DNA of 64,000 bases from Rhizobium sp. Q54 (GCA_945861265.1 CAMAUC010000002.1:48035-112034); one strand, 5' to 3'; positions 1 through 11,069 are shown, counted from the stretch's first letter. Translations and numbers: made by a program. Notes: a model not told the origin generated them from the letters alone.

Positions 1-43
1 CGCGGATGTGAAGCGAAGCAGCCATCCGCGGCTGGTGCGCTGC

Positions 44-685
44 TCAGGCCTGATAATTGACGATCAGCGCCTCAAGCTTCGACGTCAGCGTGCTGCCGCC
101 ATCGCCGTAGGTTGAATTCTTGCTCTGCGATTGCTTGAGCGAGTCGAGGAAGTTTTGCAGCAGCTTGGTCACGTCGGAATCGCTCGAACTTGTCGAACTG
201 GTCGAATCCGACGACGTCTTGTTCGTCGCATTGTAGGCGGCCTGTTCAATGGCACTGACTGTGCCGTCGCCATTGCTGTCGGCCGGATCGGCTTTTTCGC
301 TCGATTTGCTGCCGCCCGCACCACCGGCGCCGCCGCCGGGAGGCGGGCCACCGGCGCCGCCGGGCCCACCCGGGCCGCCCTGGAAAGCTTTGGCGAACAC
401 GCCCTTGAGTTCGTCGGCTTGCTCGCTGGTCAGCTTGCCGCTGCTGACTTCGTCCGAGATCAGACTGTCGATCTTCGACTTCATCTCGTCCGGCGACGGC
501 CGCGAGCCGGCTGACGGCTTGCTCGACTGCATCGCCTGGTCGATGTCGTCCAGCGCTGAACTCAGTGCCGATTGATCGGCGGAGCTGATGGTGCCGGACT
601 TCACTTCCGACGCCAGCTCGGTTTGCAGCATCTTGAGCGGCGAGAACGACTGTTGTGACGCGGTCGCGGATCCGATCGAACTCAT
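44..685 (-). CDS. Low-complexity Ser/Gly-rich protein with a single EF-hand-like loop
   Basis: ORF 44..820, start moved to the ATG at 685 (MSSIGS); DSNGDGTVSAIE fits the 12-residue EF-hand loop. Confidence 0.7.
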   Translation of the reverse strand: MSSIGSATASQQSFSPLKMLQTELASEVKSGTISSADQSALSSALDDIDQAMQSSKPSAGSRPSPDEMKSKIDSLISDEVSSGKLTSEQADELKGVFAKAFQGGPGGPGGAGGPPPGGGAGGAGGSKSSEKADPADSNGDGTVSAIEQAAYNATNKTSSDSTSSTSSSDSDVTKLLQNFLDSLKQSQSKNSTYGDGGSTLTSKLEALIVNYQA

Positions 686-874
686 GGCTAAGCCCCTAGT
701 TTGCCGGCAAACAGTTCGCCGGTCTGTTGCCATGGATAATTCGGCCGCCGCGGTTAACAAGCGCTTGCCACGGCGGAGCGCGTTTGTTTCGTTGTGTATC
801 GCACGCCGCTTCAGAAACATTCAGAAACAAATATCACCGCTCGCTCTGGCACACTCGCCTCAACCGAATCGCCC

Positions 875-1594
875 ATGACAAAACCGCCGCATATTCTGGT
901 CATCGAAGACGACCGCGAAATCAGCGCCCTCGTCGCCCGTTATTTGCGGTCGAACGAGTGCCGCGTGACCGCGCTCGCCGACGGCCGCGGCGTCGAGCGG
1001 GTGATGGACGGCCACCGCGTCGATCTGATCGTGCTCGACTTGATGCTGCCGGGCGAGGACGGCCTGAGCATCTGCAAGCGGCTGCGCACATGTTCGCAGG
1101 TGCCGATCATCATGCTTACCGCCAAGGGCGACGAGGTCGACCGCATCCTCGGCCTGGAAATGGGCGCCGACGATTATCTGTCGAAGCCGTTCAACCCGCG
1201 CGAGCTCTTGGCGCGCATCCGCGCCGTGCTGCGCCGCTCCGCCATCGTCGCGCTGAACCCTGTGCTGCACGGCGCGCGGGTGCTCGGCTTCCTGCGCTGG
1301 CGGTTGGACCGCGTGGTGCGCGAATTGCGCGACACCGCGGGCACCCGCGTCGTCCTCACCGACGCCGAATTCAGCCTGCTGCAGGCCTTGTGCGAGCGGC
1401 CGGGCCGCGTGCTGTCGCGCGACCAGTTGCTCGACGTCACGCAAGGCCGCAGCGCCGGCGTGTTCGACCGCAGCATCGACATTCTGGTGAGCCGACTACG
1501 GCGTAAGATCGAGGACGATCCGCACCACCCGCGCATCATCAAGACCGTCCGCTCCGGCGGCTATTTGTTCACACCCGTGGTGGAGCCCGCATGA
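875..1594 (+). CDS. OmpR-family response regulator
   Basis: HILVIEDD, DLIVLDLMLPGEDG, PIIMLTAK, GADDYLSKPF, winged-helix C-terminus IKTVRSGGY. Confidence 0.95.
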   Translation: MTKPPHILVIEDDREISALVARYLRSNECRVTALADGRGVERVMDGHRVDLIVLDLMLPGEDGLSICKRLRTCSQVPIIMLTAKGDEVDRILGLEMGADDYLSKPFNPRELLARIRAVLRRSAIVALNPVLHGARVLGFLRWRLDRVVRELRDTAGTRVVLTDAEFSLLQALCERPGRVLSRDQLLDVTQGRSAGVFDRSIDILVSRLRRKIEDDPHHPRIIKTVRSGGYLFTPVVEPA

Positions 1595-2943
1595 CTTTCG
1601 TCCGTTCGCTGCTGATCAACCGCATCGGCGGGCAGATGGCGATGCTGATCGTGTTGTCGCTGTTTGCCATCCACGCCATCATCACCGCCGGATTTTTCCT
1701 CAGCCAGCGCAACGGCGACTGGGCGCCACCCGACGACGCGCCGGCGCAATTCGTCTCCGCCGTCAAACTCGTTGCCGCGTCGGCGCCCGACGACCGCGCG
1801 CGGCTGCTGGCGCAGGCCGCGACAGTCTTTCCGCGCATACAGCTGGCGCCGGCGGCGGCGATGCCGCGACAAAGCGAGCCGGAGCAAGTCGATCCGCGGC
1901 TGCGTTTTCTCGCGCACGGTCTCGGCCCGCAATTCCAACTGGCGGCGCTGCCGGACGGCGCCGCGCCTGGTTTAAGCGTCGCCGTGCGCATGCCGGACGG
2001 CGGGGTGGTAACGGCGCGGCTGCCGCCGCATCCGGAGCCGCCGATGCTCGGCGGCCCGGTCGCCATCACGGTGCTGTTCGTCGTCGTCACGCTGACGCTG
2101 CTCGGCCTGTGGGCGACGCGGGCGTTGCGCCGGCCGCTGTCCGGCCTCGCCGCGGCGGCGGAGAGCTTCAATCTCGACGGCAGTATCGCCGCATTGCCGG
2201 AGCGCGGCCCGGAAGAAGTGCGCGCCGTCGCCAAGGCGTTCAACCGCATGCGCGACCGCATCCGCAAGCTGGTCGACGACCGCACCCGCCTGCTGGCGGC
2301 GATGGGGCACGATCTGCGCACGCCGATCACGCGGCTGCGGCTGCGCAGCGAATTCATCGGCGACGACGAATTGCGCGGCCAGATGCTGCGCGACCTCGAC
2401 CAGATGCGGCGCATGACCGAGGGCGTCCTGTCGTTCCTGCGCGACGGTCACGCCCGCGCGGATGCCACCTTCGTCGATGTGGCCACCAGCCTGCAGACGA
2501 TCTGCGACCAATTCGCCGATATGGGATGCCGCATCGCCTATGTCGGCCCCGACCATCTCGCGATCATGGCGAGCGCCGACGAATTGTTCCGCGCCGTCAC
2601 CAATATCGTCGACAATGCCGTGCGCTACGGCCAACAGACCGTCGTCCGGCTTTCCGCCGACGCCAATACGATCACCATCGACGTCGAGGACGACGGGCCG
2701 GGTATTCTCGACAGCCAGAAACTGGCGATGATCGAGCCGTTCGTCCGCGGCGACGAAGCGCGGCTGATGACGCAGAGCACCGGCTTCGGCCTCGGCCTGA
2801 GCATCGCCCGCGCGGTCGCCGAGGCGCATGGCGGAACCCTGACGCTTCACGACCGCGCGCCGCAGGGCCTGATCGCCCGCATCAGCCTGCCCGGCAAAAA
2901 CCCTACAGGTCTGGCCGCCATCCACCGCCGTGCATTGACTTAA
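1591..2943 (+). CDS. HAMP-domain sensor histidine kinase
   Basis: Two TM segments, H-box GHDLRTPITRL, N-box NIVDNAVRY, DDGPG, GFGLGLSI; 4-nt overlap with the regulator. Confidence 0.95.
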   Translation: MTFVRSLLINRIGGQMAMLIVLSLFAIHAIITAGFFLSQRNGDWAPPDDAPAQFVSAVKLVAASAPDDRARLLAQAATVFPRIQLAPAAAMPRQSEPEQVDPRLRFLAHGLGPQFQLAALPDGAAPGLSVAVRMPDGGVVTARLPPHPEPPMLGGPVAITVLFVVVTLTLLGLWATRALRRPLSGLAAAAESFNLDGSIAALPERGPEEVRAVAKAFNRMRDRIRKLVDDRTRLLAAMGHDLRTPITRLRLRSEFIGDDELRGQMLRDLDQMRRMTEGVLSFLRDGHARADATFVDVATSLQTICDQFADMGCRIAYVGPDHLAIMASADELFRAVTNIVDNAVRYGQQTVVRLSADANTITIDVEDDGPGILDSQKLAMIEPFVRGDEARLMTQSTGFGLGLSIARAVAEAHGGTLTLHDRAPQGLIARISLPGKNPTGLAAIHRRALT

Positions 2944-2964
2944 AAGACCCCGGGATTACATTAG

Positions 2965-3054
2965 CTCTGTTCCGAGGGGTGCCCGCCGGAATTTTTGGCG
3001 GGCTGAGAAAAACCCTTTGAACCTGATCCGGGTCATGCCGGCGAAGGGACAGGG
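2965..3054 (+). ncRNA. TPP riboswitch (THI element)
   Basis: GGGGTGC...GCTGAGA...ACCCTTTGAACCTGATCCGGGTCATGCCGGCGAAGGGA core; P1 ctctgttcc/gggacaggg; upstream of thiC. Confidence 0.97.
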
Positions 3055-3086
3055 ACTTAGGCTTCTGCCCTCGCAGCATACTCGAC

Positions 3087-3181
3087 CCTCATCCTGAGGA
3101 GGGCGCGCTTTGCGCCCGTCTCGAAGGATGAGTTTTTGGCCCATGCTTCGAGACGCGCCTGCGGCGCTCCTCAGCATGAGG
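3087..3181. repeat. Nested palindromic intergenic repeat (CTCATCCTGAGG type)
   Basis: Outer arms cctcatcctgaggag / ctcctcagcatgagg; inner arms cgtctcgaaggatg / catgcttcgagacg. Confidence 0.85.
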
Positions 3182-3208
3182 AAAGAGCGAGAAGCAGGGA
3201 GAAGTTAA

Positions 3209-5188
<1,980 letters not shown>

Positions 5189-5204
5189 GGCACGCCTCTC
5201 ACCG

Positions 5205-5234
5205 CGTCATGGCCGGGCTTGTCCCGGCCATCCA
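5205..5234. repeat. REP-like short palindrome
   Basis: cgtcatggccgggcttgtcccggccatcca; stem atggccggg/cccggccat. Confidence 0.75.
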
Positions 5235-5257
5235 TGACTTAACCGCGAGGAGTCGAA

Positions 5258-5623
5258 ATGATATTATCTCGATTTGCTCTCATAGGCGCAATTCTGAGTG
5301 GTTCTACATTAGGCGCAAATGCAAAAATCATTGCATTTCAATGCAGCCTTCCCAATATGAACCCCTTGGTATTCACTTTGTATAGCGACGGAACTCCCGC
5401 TCGCGTCGGAACAGCCACAGGAGTCGGAAGCAAGGCGAGCGCAACGCGCGATAAATTCGGCGCGTTGGTTTTCGTCGAAATGAACAACGATGGAACGCCA
5501 GTTTCGTTCTCAACAATTCAGAAAAATATGGAAATCATCCACAGCCGGCACCTGTTACTTCTTGATGGCTCCATTTTATCGCCATCGCAGAATAAAGGGC
5601 GATGCAGCAAAATTCCTCTCTAG
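5258..5623 (+). CDS. Hypothetical exported protein (low GC)
   Basis: RBS gaggag, signal-peptide-like N-terminus, two Cys. Confidence 0.7.
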   Translation: MILSRFALIGAILSGSTLGANAKIIAFQCSLPNMNPLVFTLYSDGTPARVGTATGVGSKASATRDKFGALVFVEMNNDGTPVSFSTIQKNMEIIHSRHLLLLDGSILSPSQNKGRCSKIPL

Positions 5624-5701
5624 TTCGAGACGAACTCAAGCTGCCGCCAAGCGTAATTTCTTCCAAGCTTTGCAGTTCAGGGCCACCCGCTACATTTGCC
5701 G

Positions 5702-6097
5702 CTACATTCCGAGATGTCTTGCACAAATGCTTCCATGGATGTCGACGCCTGCAAGACCGAGAATACCGCCCGTCCCGCTCGAATCCTCTGTCGTAAGTTT
5801 TGTAACAAGTCCATTCGGCGATGAGATGACGCTGACCTTACAGTAGTTCGTCTTTGCAGTACCGCTGCCTTCAGACGTATTGATGTTTGTAACGGCGGAC
5901 AGTTGCCAAACGTAAGCTGTTTCACCGCTGTTCATTTTGAATGCGCTTGTGGGTGGTCCAAACTCAGAAACGAGCGTATCGACGCTTTTCCCGAGAAACC
6001 GGCTTCCAAGTTTATCCGAAACTTCTTGTCGCGTGGCAGCGCAACCGGCCAAGACAGCCACGGCTAACACCGCTGCCATCGTCACAAAAAATCGCAC
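5702..6097 (-). CDS. Hypothetical lipoprotein (low GC)
   Basis: Lipobox LAGC; GTG at 6097 with GGGGAG RBS; GKSVDTLVSEFGPP motif. Confidence 0.75.
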   Translation of the reverse strand: MRFFVTMAAVLAVAVLAGCAATRQEVSDKLGSRFLGKSVDTLVSEFGPPTSAFKMNSGETAYVWQLSAVTNINTSEGSGTAKTNYCKVSVISSPNGLVTKLTTEDSSGTGGILGLAGVDIHGSICARHLGM

Positions 6098-6132
6098 GAT
6101 GCGCTCCCCCCGGTAGATCATACGATAGCACT

Positions 6133-6167
6133 CGTAGCCCGGATGAGCGAAGCGAAATCCGGGGCTA
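6133..6167. repeat. REP-like palindrome
   Basis: cgtagcccggat-gagcgaagcgaa-atccggggcta stem-loop. Confidence 0.75.
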
Positions 6168-6309
6168 ATCTCTCAACAGATCTTCTGCTTTCTGCTCACC
6201 CTCCCCGCCTCCGCCCAGCCCTGGCGCGGCAACGACTACACGCCGACGATGGAAGAGCCCGCTCCGGGCGTCGACAACACCGGCCGCGATGTCGAACTGC
6301 CGCACCGCT

Positions 6310-6657
6310 CTACTTCTTCACCTCGATCATGATCACATGTGTCGGCGTATCGCCGATGTTGTCGCCAATATGGGTCTGTTCCTCCGACCACATCGTGTCG
6401 CCGGCCTTGAATTCGCGCCGCAATGTCTTTCCGTCCGGCAGGATGATCGCCCGCTTGAACGGGGTCACCGCGTAAAGCACGAAAGCCGGATGGGTATGCT
6501 GGTGCGTTTTTTCGCCGGGTCTGTCTTTGTATTCCAGCACGCGCACGCGATCGTTTTCGAACCGCACCTTGTATTTATCGCCATCGGTGTGGGTCGGGTC
6601 GGCTGCCTGTGCCGCCGTGCAGATCAGCAGGCCGATTAAGGCGATAAATCGGGTCAT
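6310..6657 (-). CDS. Exported cupin-domain protein
   Basis: Signal peptide, FENDRVRVLEY...PGEK..HTHP and WSEEQTHIGDNIG cupin motifs. Confidence 0.85.
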   Translation of the reverse strand: MTRFIALIGLLICTAAQAADPTHTDGDKYKVRFENDRVRVLEYKDRPGEKTHQHTHPAFVLYAVTPFKRAIILPDGKTLRREFKAGDTMWSEEQTHIGDNIGDTPTHVIMIEVKK

Positions 6658-6781
6658 AGCGGGTTCTCCTTGCGAATGGCCGTAGTGGCCTGACTTTGCT
6701 GTCGGCGACGCTGACAGGAGACCGGCCGTTGCGGGAGCCGCAAGTTTGCCTTCTGTGGCGGCAGAACTGCATAATGCATCC

Positions 6782-7675
6782 ATGTTCGAATGGAGCGACT
6801 TGCGCTATTTCCTCGCCGTGGCCGAGCACGGCAGCACGCTCGCGGCCGGCCGCGCGCTCGGCGCCAGCCAGTCCACCGTGCAGCGCCGGCTGGCCGCGCT
6901 TGAACGCCAGCTCGGCCGCCCGCTCGTGCGCCGAAGCTCGAACGGTTATCGCCTCACCGAATTCGGCGAACAGATGCTGCCGCATGCCAGGCACGTCGAA
7001 CAGGCCATACTGTCTTTTGATCAGCACAAGCAGGGCATCGCGCGCGGCGAATTCGGCGTCATCCGCCTCACCTGCCCGGAACCGATCATGGCGCGTCTCA
7101 CACAATCGGAATTCCTCGACCGCTTTCATACGCGCTATCCGCAATTCCGCGTCGAATTCGTGATGAGCGACAAGTATCTCGACATTGCCAAGGGCGATGC
7201 CGATGTGGCCCTGCGATCCGGCGACACCGACGACAATGCGCTGGTCGGCCGCAAGGTCGCGGACTCGCTCTGGGCGATCTATGCCAGCCGCCATTATCTT
7301 GAGGCGCATGGCCGCCCGGCGTCGGTGTCCGAGTTGAAGCAGCACGCGCTGATTGGTTTTGACGAGACGTTGAGCAAGCATCGCCTAACGACTTGGCTCG
7401 CCGAGGTCGCACCGCAGGCCAAGCTCGTTGCGAGCGCCAACAGCATCCTTGGGCTTGTCTCGGCGGCGAAGTCCGGTCTCGGCGTGGCACCGCTTCCCAC
7501 CGCACTGGGTGATGCCGAACCCGATCTGGTTCAGGTGCTGGCACCGGTGCCGGCCTTGCAGCGAAGCTGGCGGCTGCTGACGCATCCCGACCTGCGGCAT
7601 ACCCCGCGCGTCGCGGCGTTCTTTGATTTTGTCAACGATGAGCTGCCGTCGCTGCGGCCGATCCTGTCAGGGTGA
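6782..7675 (+). CDS. LysR-family transcriptional regulator
   Basis: WSDLRYFLAVAEHGSTLAAGRALGASQSTVQRRLAALE HTH; divergent from the cupin gene. Confidence 0.95.
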   Translation: MFEWSDLRYFLAVAEHGSTLAAGRALGASQSTVQRRLAALERQLGRPLVRRSSNGYRLTEFGEQMLPHARHVEQAILSFDQHKQGIARGEFGVIRLTCPEPIMARLTQSEFLDRFHTRYPQFRVEFVMSDKYLDIAKGDADVALRSGDTDDNALVGRKVADSLWAIYASRHYLEAHGRPASVSELKQHALIGFDETLSKHRLTTWLAEVAPQAKLVASANSILGLVSAAKSGLGVAPLPTALGDAEPDLVQVLAPVPALQRSWRLLTHPDLRHTPRVAAFFDFVNDELPSLRPILSG

Positions 7676-7714
7676 CAGCCCGACGATTTTTGCCACGCAC
7701 ATTAAGGTCCCCCC

Positions 7715-8101
7715 ATGCCCATCACCCACTTCCCCCCGCCACCCAACATCAAAACCCCGCCGCTCTCCTACGCCACCCGCGTCGGCGAGCTGCTGTTTAT
7801 CTCCGGCATTCCGGGCTTCGACGGCGACGGCAAGCTCGCCGACACCTTCGAAGCCCAGTTCGGCTTTGTCGTCGCCACGATCAAAACCATTCTGAGCGAG
7901 GCCGGCACCGACATGCGCCACATCGTCAAGCTCAACGTGCTGCTGACGCGCGCGGCCGATGTCGCGACGATGAACGCACTTTACGCTGACGCCTTCGGCC
8001 CGCCGCCTTATCCGGCGCGCACGACCTGCGTCATCGCGCAATTGCCCGATCCGAAAATGCTGATCGAAATCGAGTGCGTCGCCGCCGTACCGGCCCGCTG
8101 A
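7715..8101 (+). CDS. RidA/YjgF family protein
   Basis: GELLFISG, YPARTTCVIAQLPDPKMLIEIECVA. Confidence 0.92.
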   Translation: MPITHFPPPPNIKTPPLSYATRVGELLFISGIPGFDGDGKLADTFEAQFGFVVATIKTILSEAGTDMRHIVKLNVLLTRAADVATMNALYADAFGPPPYPARTTCVIAQLPDPKMLIEIECVAAVPAR

Positions 8102-8181
8102 CGCGCCCAGAGACCGATTGCAGCGGCCGGCGGGCTTTGAGATAATCGGCAGGATCACATGCGAACCCACGGGAGCCGGAC

Positions 8182-8478
8182 ATGACCGCCTTCAACGCCG
8201 TGCGCTTCAAGGTGAAAGCCGGGCGCGAGCAGGAATTCCTCGACGCCCACAAAAACGTCGCCGCCGCGTGGCCGGGCCTGCGCCACGTCAACATCGTCAA
8301 GACCGGCGAAGGCCGCTATTGCATCATCGCCGAATGGAACGACGTGGAATCCATCGCGGCCGCGCGGCCGGCCATGATCGCGACGCTCAATTCGTTTCGC
8401 GACACGCTGGAGGACCTTGGCGGCGGCCTGGGCGTCACCGACGCGGTGTCGGGGCCCGTCGTGCTGGCGTTGAAATAG
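8182..8478 (+). CDS. ABM-like dimeric alpha+beta barrel protein
   Basis: NAVRFKVKAGREQEFLDAH; size and pattern typical of the ABM superfamily. Confidence 0.7.
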   Translation: MTAFNAVRFKVKAGREQEFLDAHKNVAAAWPGLRHVNIVKTGEGRYCIIAEWNDVESIAAARPAMIATLNSFRDTLEDLGGGLGVTDAVSGPVVLALK

Positions 8479-8705
8479 CGGCGCGGCGGTAGAGCGCGTC
8501 GCGAATTTACAACGGCGCCTCGCCGCCCGCCGCGTATCGAAACCCTTAAGCCTGTCACACTATGACAGCCGCGACAGCGCGCTTTTCACGCGCAACGCCC
8601 CATCCAGTGCCTTGCCGATAACGGAATAACAAGCCGGCCCCGCTATTCTTGCCTCAGGCTCGCGGCAGACGAACCGCCGCGCAGCGACAATAAGGGAGTG
8701 GGTCC

Positions 8706-8816
8706 ATGCTTGCCGAATTATTCCTGCTGCATCTCGAAATGATGCGCGCCGCCATGCGCCGCGAAGAACAGTCCTCCCGCGCGCCGCGCTTCGTGCCTGT
8801 CGCGCGCCCGGCCTGA
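8706..8816 (+). CDS. Putative 36-aa small protein, absent from the ORF track
   Basis: AGGGAG RBS; MLAELFLLHLEMMRAAMRREEQSSRAPRFVPVARPA; GC3-rich codons. Confidence 0.5.
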   Translation: MLAELFLLHLEMMRAAMRREEQSSRAPRFVPVARPA

Positions 8817-8985
8817 GGTCGTCGGCTCAACATGGGTGCAACGGACCGGCGGCGGGCCGCCGGCCTTCGCGCCTGAGGCGGTGTGGCCTCCGCGCCGACA
8901 TGACCTGTGTCAAAAGGCGCAACCTCCGGGCAGCCTATGCTTTATGGTATAAGTCCGCCATGAAGCCCGAATGCCGAGGAAACCC

Positions 8986-9186
8986 ATGCCCAAAGATACG
9001 TCGATCTCGCTGCCCGATCTCGAAGACCGCATCGCCATCGCGCGCGACAACATCCGCCAGTTGACCGAGCAGGCGACCGGCTCCTCCGGCGCCGCCGACG
9101 AAGAGCGCACCGCCAACCGCATCGCCGAGCAACAGGACGAGCTGGACCGGCTGATCAAGCAGCGCGAAGCCTTCGCGAGAAAATAG
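8986..9186 (+). CDS. Small coiled-coil hypothetical protein
   Basis: RBS gagga; heptad-like LEDRIAIARDNIRQLTEQA. Confidence 0.75.
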   Translation: MPKDTSISLPDLEDRIAIARDNIRQLTEQATGSSGAADEERTANRIAEQQDELDRLIKQREAFARK

Positions 9187-9198
9187 CGCGCCCCGGCT

Positions 9199-9726
9199 TT
9201 ATTTCACCCGCTTGTACAGGTTCGACGCCGAGCCGCGCCCGCCCGCGACATTCGGATTGGTGTTGACGAATTCGTCCGCCGTCAATTTGTCGATGGTGCG
9301 GACCTGCGCCTCGCCTTCCCAGTTGGGAAAAGTTGACGAGACGATATTGAAGGTCACGGTTTTCTTGGCCTCGTCCACCGCATAGGTTCCGAACACCGAC
9401 AGGCTGCGCTTCATGATCGCGGCATATTCCTCCGCCGTGCCGGTCAGCCGGTTATTCGACGCTATCTTCGGCACGTCGCTGGCGACATGGATCTGCGCGA
9501 AGCGCCCGTCGCCGGTGAAGATCAGAATGCCCTTGGGCGTCTCGCCGAACGGAAACGATCTTGTGCCGTCGGGCGCCTTCACCTCGGCGACGACGAAATT
9601 CCAGGTGCCGACGATAAGCTCCTTGAGCGGCTGTGCCGGCTGCGCGGCGGCGGCGCCGATCGACAAGGCAAAGGCAAAAAAAGCAGCGGCGATTTTAGTC
9701 GGCGTCATGAATTTGGTCAGCGTCAT
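9199..9726 (-). CDS. Lipocalin-like domain protein
   Basis: Signal peptide, LIVGTWNFV, PKGILIFTGDGRF, FGTYAVDE, SSTFPNWEG. Confidence 0.85.
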   Translation of the reverse strand: MTLTKFMTPTKIAAAFFAFALSIGAAAAQPAQPLKELIVGTWNFVVAEVKAPDGTRSFPFGETPKGILIFTGDGRFAQIHVASDVPKIASNNRLTGTAEEYAAIMKRSLSVFGTYAVDEAKKTVTFNIVSSTFPNWEGEAQVRTIDKLTADEFVNTNPNVAGGRGSASNLYKRVK

Positions 9727-9901
9727 GGTGTCCCCCAGGTTTTGTTCGTTGGCGCGGATGCTAACGCGGATCGGGGCGCGGCGCGATGGCCGCTTGGCTT
9801 GTCCACCGCATTGAGCCCGGTTTAAATCCCGCCTAGGCTCCCCCCCGGAGAAACTTGCGCAGCCGCCACACAAGCGCAAAGCCGTCCGGGGAGAAACCAC
9901 C

Positions 9902-10603
9902 ATGACCGCGCCATCCATCGCGGCCGGGCTTAAACTGCTGGCCGGCGGCTCGCTCACCGGCCCGCTCAACGCGCTGGCGCCTCTGTTCGAGCGCGCCTCC
10001 GGCCACAAGCTTTCCATCCATTTCGACTCGACGCCGAACCTGATCAAGCAGGCGACGTCGGAGCCGTTCGATGTCGCCATCGTGCCGGTCGATGTCTTCA
10101 AGAATGCCGATGCCAAAGCCAAATTCGTCGCCGGCCCGACCACCGACATCGCTCGCGTCGGCTACAGCATCGCCGTGAAAGCCGGCGTGCCGAAGCCGGA
10201 CATCGGCACGCCAGCCGCGTTCAAGAAAGCGCTGCTGAAAACGCCGTCCGTTGCCTTCCTGCCGGAAAGCGCGGTCGGCGCCTACATTTTGAAAGTGTTC
10301 GAGCGCCTCGGCATCGCGGAAGCGATGAAGGCGAAGACCAAGGTGGCGGCGACGCCTTCCGCCATTGCGCCGATGGTCGCCAAAGGCGAGGCCGGCCTCG
10401 GTATCTTCCTCACCAATGTGCTGACCGCGCCGGGCGTCGATATCGCCGGGCCCTTCCCCGGCGAATTGCAGCAGGACCTGGTGTTCACAGCAAGCGTCAC
10501 CGCGGCAAGCACGAACGCCGCGGCGGCGAAGGCGCTGATCGATTATCTGCGCTCGCCGGAAGCCAAAGCGGTGATCGCCGCCAAAGGCATGACGGCGGGG
10601 TAG
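9902..10603 (+). CDS. ModA-like substrate-binding domain protein
   Basis: LFERASGHKLSIHF, IARVGYSIAVKAG, VAKGEAGLG, AAAKALIDYLRSPEAKAVI. Confidence 0.8.
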   Translation: MTAPSIAAGLKLLAGGSLTGPLNALAPLFERASGHKLSIHFDSTPNLIKQATSEPFDVAIVPVDVFKNADAKAKFVAGPTTDIARVGYSIAVKAGVPKPDIGTPAAFKKALLKTPSVAFLPESAVGAYILKVFERLGIAEAMKAKTKVAATPSAIAPMVAKGEAGLGIFLTNVLTAPGVDIAGPFPGELQQDLVFTASVTAASTNAAAAKALIDYLRSPEAKAVIAAKGMTAG

Positions 10604-10621
10604 AGCGTCTCGGCGCGCCGC

Positions 10622-10807
10622 CTATATCGCCGGCACGTTTCGCCGGCCGGCGATGAGCCAGGCCAGAAGGCCGAGCACTGGCAGGCAGACGATGATGAGC
10701 ACCCAGAACACCTTGGTGCCGCCGGTATTGGCGCTCTGCAAGATCTGGACGATGGCCCAGATGTCGAGGGCGAGAATGACCAGCGCGAAAATATATTCGA
10801 GACCCAT
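10622..10807 (-). CDS. PLDc N-terminal-domain small membrane protein
   Basis: DIWAIVQIL...KVFWVLIIVCLPVLGLLAWLIAG. Confidence 0.85.
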   Translation of the reverse strand: MGLEYIFALVILALDIWAIVQILQSANTGGTKVFWVLIIVCLPVLGLLAWLIAGRRNVPAI

Positions 10808-10853
10808 TGGGTAATCTCCTGTCGGCGCGCCAATTGGCGCGGGTTCCGTTATC

Positions 10854-10878
10854 AACGGTCTCCCCGCGCCGGGGTTCC
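10854..10878 (-). promoter_or_regulatory. EcfG/RpoE2-type promoter
   Basis: GGAAC-N16-CGTT on the minus strand, upstream of the PLDc_N gene. Confidence 0.7.
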
Positions 10879-10924
10879 CGTCGGCTCGTTTCTTGCCCCG
10901 CTTAACCGCGAGCAGCTCGGTGGT

Positions 10925-10940
10925 TTAACCCGCCATTGAC
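10925..10940 (+). promoter_or_regulatory. CtrA-like box
   Basis: TTAA-cccgcca-TTGAC (one mismatch to TTAA-N7-TTAAC), upstream of the Flp pilin. Confidence 0.65.
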
Positions 10941-11069
10941 CAGATATTTTTCCATTGCCGTAATTTGGTTCTGCTAGGTTTTTGCGTGCGCGATAGAAGG
11001 TCGCCGCATTTCCTCATTCCAGAAAGGCCCCAAACACGGCGCCGATGCGGCGCTGCAGGAGTATCCCGC

